This document shows, in pieces, positions 32,680-32,766 of a DNA stretch of 32,766 nucleotides (its first letter is position 1; every line of letters begins with the position of its first letter). The notes below the pieces were generated by a model, which saw nothing but the letters and a program-made list of their open reading frames with translations, did not search any database and was not told where the DNA came from. The position numbers and the translations under genes are program-made. Source of the stretch: an uncultured Candidatus Bathyarchaeia archaeon. GTDB lineage: Archaea; Thermoproteota; Bathyarchaeia; 40CM-2-53-6. The stretch covers positions 1-32,766 of the forward strand of contig CAYIBO010000002.1 in the NCBI GenBank assembly GCA_964361545.1, given 5' to 3'.

Positions 32680-32766
32680 ATGAGTGAGGTAGGAATAGAG
32701 AAGGTCGTTACGGAGATCAACGGGTTCCGCCAAAGACTTGCCATGCTCAAGGAAGAGTACACCCGT
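32680..32766 (+). CDS. 5' end of an unidentified gene running off the window
   Basis: The ATG at 32680 opens MSEVGIEKVVTEINGFRQRLAMLKEEYTR, with no stop before the window end. It competes with an antisense ORF (32518-32733). Confidence 0.25.
   Translation, partial: MSEVGIEKVVTEINGFRQRLAMLKEEYTR

Noticed and set aside
32518-32733. 71-aa minus-strand ORF at the window end.
   Set aside because: It overlaps the C-terminus of the small membrane protein and is antisense to a plus-strand ORF with a clean ATG. No motif. Evidence for either is weak, but I prefer the plus-strand ORF.

Overview
This is an archaeal chromosomal window with very high coding density. Many genes are joined by 1-4 nt start/stop overlaps. 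The gene content looks TACK/Bathyarchaeia-like (ribosomal protein eS26, topoisomerase VI, endonuclease Q, archaeal PoK/PPS route to CoA); that lineage call is inference only.

Gene order:
- A minus-strand CoA-precursor operon: pantoate kinase, phosphopantothenate synthetase, panB, panE.
- A nucleotide-sugar/glycan block. It contains a sugar-1-P nucleotidyltransferase and a phosphohexomutase. It also has a WecC/Ugd-type UDP-sugar dehydrogenase broken by four 1-nt frameshifts, and a DUF354 protein. A second dehydrogenase paralog has every catalytic motif degenerated, and is followed by a Gfo/Idh/MocA oxidoreductase.
- Trm112, then an uncharacterised nucleotidyltransferase-fold protein divergent from a metallophosphoesterase.
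- An APC permease followed by two unknown small genes.
- Rio1 kinase plus a KH/Dim2-like protein, then Top6B/Top6A and EndoQ.
- A 1.47-kb gap with no annotated ORF.
- An APC-USP permease, a stand-alone RAM-domain protein and a USP.
- ProRS, a PfkB kinase, eS26, a CDP-alcohol phosphatidyltransferase, a small CCCH protein coupled to ThrRS, and a small membrane protein.

No rRNA, tRNA, CRISPR array or transposase/integrase was recognisable by eye.

The most interesting material:
- The 22.4-23.9 kb gap. It holds a sub-threshold, overlap-coupled mini-operon (27-aa hydrophobic peptide, ribbon-helix-helix protein, basic 102-aa ORF) and a cluster of C(4-6)/G(4-6) palindromes and direct repeats.
- A GT-rich sequence in that gap seems to recur next to the frameshifted dehydrogenase.
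- The dead-motif dehydrogenase paralog.
- Evidence for near-cognate start codons: abundant TTG, and two likely CTG starts, one inside a CTGA stop/start overlap.
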